Both the position numbers and the translations under genes were made by a program. This document shows positions 61,034 to 64,000 of a stretch of 64,000 bases of DNA, one piece after another. Positions within the stretch are counted from its first letter, which is position 1, and each line of letters starts with the position of its first letter. A model generated the notes under the pieces. That model was not told the DNA's origin and did not search any database. It saw only the letters and a program-made list of their open reading frames with translations. The DNA lies in assembly GCF_963921235.1 (NCBI RefSeq), contig NC_086097.1:93498001-93562000 (forward strand). Direction: 5' to 3'. The stretch is from Mobula hypostoma (lineage: Eukaryota).

Positions 61034-63189
61034 AGAAAGCCTGACTCCTCTTCGTGGTCTTCCGGAGCATCTATCAAGAGGGCCTTGGCCTCAGATGTTC
61101 CAGGAAATTTGGGGTTTCCCATCACTCTTGCTACTTCCCCAGGCCATAACACGACTGGTTTTGACTGGGTGATCCACAGCCAGTTTATGCTCATCACCCA
61201 GCCCGGTGCGCCCGCGCGCCTCGTCAAAAGCAGCTCAGAACATAGAGTGAATGGACAATGTTTTCAGAAAGCTCTCTCCAACTTACTCCTTGCAGGCTCC
61301 CACTGGCTTCCTCACAAGAGGAGTATTCGTCCCCACGAGAATTGAAGCTTCGCCCTTCTCAACTGGGTCCAGACAAACCAGCACTAATGTATCCAGGACC
61401 TCAGCTACTCCCACATCTGCCTCCGAAAACTCCAGCTTCAATGGCAAGTAGCCATCATACGGATGATCACCCGTACTAAGACTCCAGATCTCTTGAGCAC
61501 TGAGTGGTGTCAATGGTAAGTGCGTCAGATACCAGTTGTAAAACAAACTGTACAGCCGAGTGACCTGTGACCCTGTGTCAAGTATGGCTTTAGCATAAAT
61601 ACCCTCAATCTGTAGCGATACACTGGAGCTTGGCCCTACTAAGCCTTCAGGAATAGGGATTTTGCTTTAGGGCATTCCTTGATATATTACCGGGGACGAG
61701 TTCCCCCTGAGACACCAGCCCTTTCCTTCACTGGGTCTCTTCTAAGTTTTCCGACGTCTCTCTCCACTTAGATACCCAAGAGCTCACTCTCCGAAGACTT
61801 TCCTGGCCTCCACATTGCCTCTTCCCCACAGTTATAACAGACAATACCTGTCACTCCACTTCTCACGGGACCCCATTCACGGGCAGCCCTCTGCTTAGTC
61901 CGTTCTCTCAGGGACTCGGGGGTCTGACTCCCTGCCGGCTTTGTCACGCGGGGTGGCACACCCACCGATAACAACTAGGATACCTCAGTTCACCAGCTCC
62001 ATTACCACCACCGGGGTCACCAGCAAAGGAAGCTACTACCTTGGACTGTACTGTGCTGACAGAGACCTCCCATGCCTCTATTGCATTCTCCTCCTCTCTT
62101 ACTTCTCTGATCAGCTCGACAAACGAGGGAGGGAGGTGCATCTTATGAGACAGTCGGAGATCCCAAGCGATCAGGCCCTGTGACTGTGTGTCTTTTGCCA
62201 CTTGGTCCATTCTTAACTGATTTACCTCAGCCATTTGAATGACCCTTCTACTCTGCAAACAATTTAGCTGCCTCTCTAGCCAAAAAATGTAGGCGGAAAG
62301 TTTCTCCCACTTCTCCTGAAACATGTTCTGAAATTCCATCATAAGCTCCATTGGGCTTCTGTTGCACCAAAAGCATTTTCTAGTGCTTGCATGTAGCCCA
62401 CAGAAGTATCGAAAGGGTTCTGTGTCTTTACTGATCTCACTACATCAGCAGCCGGCCCCCTCAAACTTTCAACCAATCACTGCCATCAGAGCACTGTCAC
62501 TCATCCGGCATCTGAGAGGTCTGCTCCGCCCAAGTCTCATACTCCTCCTCCCTGTCGGGGGTAGGGGTTATTCCCGAGAACATCCTGAGCTGACGATAAC
62601 TAGGATTCTCTGCCCGTGCACTTTGCCATTTATCCGCCAGGGGCGTAAGGGCTGATACCAACTCAGAGTGCTCACCCCTCGCTGAAGGACTCATTAAACC
62701 TTCCAAATCAGACCACTCCTTCCCCTCGCTCCACCGAAATAACAGCACCCTGACTTTGAAGTCTCCGCCCCCGGCTACGGGAAACTCAGCTTCTGATTGG
62801 GCACCTTCTCCTACACTCCCCTCCTCCAGGAAAGTATGGACAGCCCACGGCCCCCTCTCCTGGGGTCCCAATAGTACCAGGCAGTTCCACTGCCGTTACG
62901 TCAGCGCTAGTCTGAACTAAAACAAAGACTTTGGCCACCATTTTGTCAAAGCTTAGGCTCATGTTGTAACTCCTCCTGAAGCTTTACTGGTACTTAAAGT
63001 TCAAATTAACAATTCATTGGGAATATGAATATCTACCCCACTCAATACACACACACATTCGTTACCGGTAACCTCGTGTATTCACACCACTGCTCAACCC
63101 CTTCAGCGTCCATAACCACGTATCATACAACACACATAAAAGTTGCTGGTGAACGCAGCAGGCCAGGCAGCATCTCTAGGAAGAGGTAC

Positions 63190-63225
63190 AGTCGACGTTA
63201 CGGGCCGAGACCCTTCATCAGGACT
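63190..63225 (-). ncRNA. Minimal hammerhead ribozyme motif (Penelope-type), one core substitution
   Basis: Minus strand AGTC-CTGATGA-A-GGG TCTCGG CCC-GTAAC-GTC-GACT within a ~100-bp PLE terminal-repeat fragment (~63128-63225). Confidence 0.7.
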
Positions 63226-63864
63226 CATAATCACTCTACCAGACAATAGCTTTACACAACCCAGTGGATCAATGCTCAGGGCAATCACACAGCATCCAAT
63301 GAAATCGTTCCCAGACGGGGCCCCCACAATGAAACCAACTGGTTTCCTTGGCTGCATAAGTCTGGGAAGTACACTCTCTGGTCCCGTCAAGCCCGTGAGA
63401 TTGAGATGGCTCTCCCACTCCAAACCCCGGTTCATGTGGATGCAGTGTAATATGCTACCCTGTTACAACTCAGTGCCAAGAAATAACAGACAGCACACTG
63501 CATGCGATTAAAGGAATTACGTTTGTGAATCTTAACTTAACTAAAGGGTTAGTAAAGAAAAGAAAGAGGAAACAAAAAGGGCACATTATAATTAACTCTT
63601 TGAGAGTTGGAGCTCAACTCTTCCAAAAGTCATACCTATTCACTGATCCTCAGTAGCCCCTGGCATGTTGCACCATCAAATCACGGTCCTCCACTGGGTC
63701 AAATCCATCGACCGGTTCTCTCCAGCGTCTTCTCTCTTCCTCCCATGCTGAACAAAAGCCCCAGCTCACACTGGTGTCAGGCACTTAACACAAAAACACA
63801 CTCGCCTCATTTGACGGCTCGCATTCCAAAGTACCCGTTATCTCTAACCATGACCCAAACTACT

Positions 63865-63981
63865 GCCCTGAATCTCATGCCTTGAAACTCCTGGTCTGAA
63901 ACTCATGCCCTGAATCTCATGCCCTGAAACTCCTGCCCTGAATCTCCTGCCCTGAAACCACAGCCCTGAATCTCATGCCCT
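63865..63981. repeat. 14-bp minisatellite (GCCCTGAA[T/A]CTC[A/C]T), about 8 units
   Basis: Directly visible inside the right-hand LTR. Confidence 0.9.
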
Positions 63982-64000
63982 TCTTCTGCTTCTACAGAAA

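Larger units (their letters stand above)
56330..64000 (-). mobile_element. Decayed Ty3/Gypsy element with PNMA-like gag; 5' LTR runs off the window
   Basis: LTR ~56330-56921 repeated from ~63330; PPT beside 56922; minus-strand PBS TGGGGGCCCCGTCTGGGA (~63309-63326, tRNA-Pro-like); integrase HDDSGHLG/HSDQGRDFE, RNase H and RT remnants; gag YRQLRMFSG..EEEYETW. Confidence 0.9.

Overview
Vertebrate genomic DNA, most likely a cartilaginous fish (inferred from HE1/V-type SINEs plus dense CR1, Penelope-like and RTE elements). The first ~21 kb hold the 3' part of an MGA (MAX gene-associated) gene on the + strand: nine GT-AG exons that I could join in consistent phase (1896-2992, 5024-5142, 6763-6826, 8647-8832, 10360-10471, 12646-12939, 14125-14301, 17176-17379, 19498-20816), encoding the acidic region, the bHLH-Zip and the conserved C-terminal motifs. 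The remaining ~43 kb contain no recognisable host gene. They are a nest of retroelements: three LTR-bounded Gypsy elements (two with intact 5-bp TSDs, one with a PNMA-like gag), a decayed chromovirus, CR1 inside CR1, CR1 inside a Penelope-like element, an intact-looking 5'-truncated RTE inside a Gypsy gag, MITEs and two minisatellites. Best leads: minimal hammerhead ribozyme motifs in Penelope-like ends; a candidate HDV-like ribozyme at the head of an RTE-type non-autonomous element whose body is shared with a tRNA-headed SINE; a compact Gypsy with no tRNA primer-binding site, a U5-junction hairpin and a YLDN RT motif; and a frame-symmetric MGA exon behind an ~850-nt AG-free pyrimidine/CA tract. 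Comparisons with human proteins and repeat families are from memory, not database searches.
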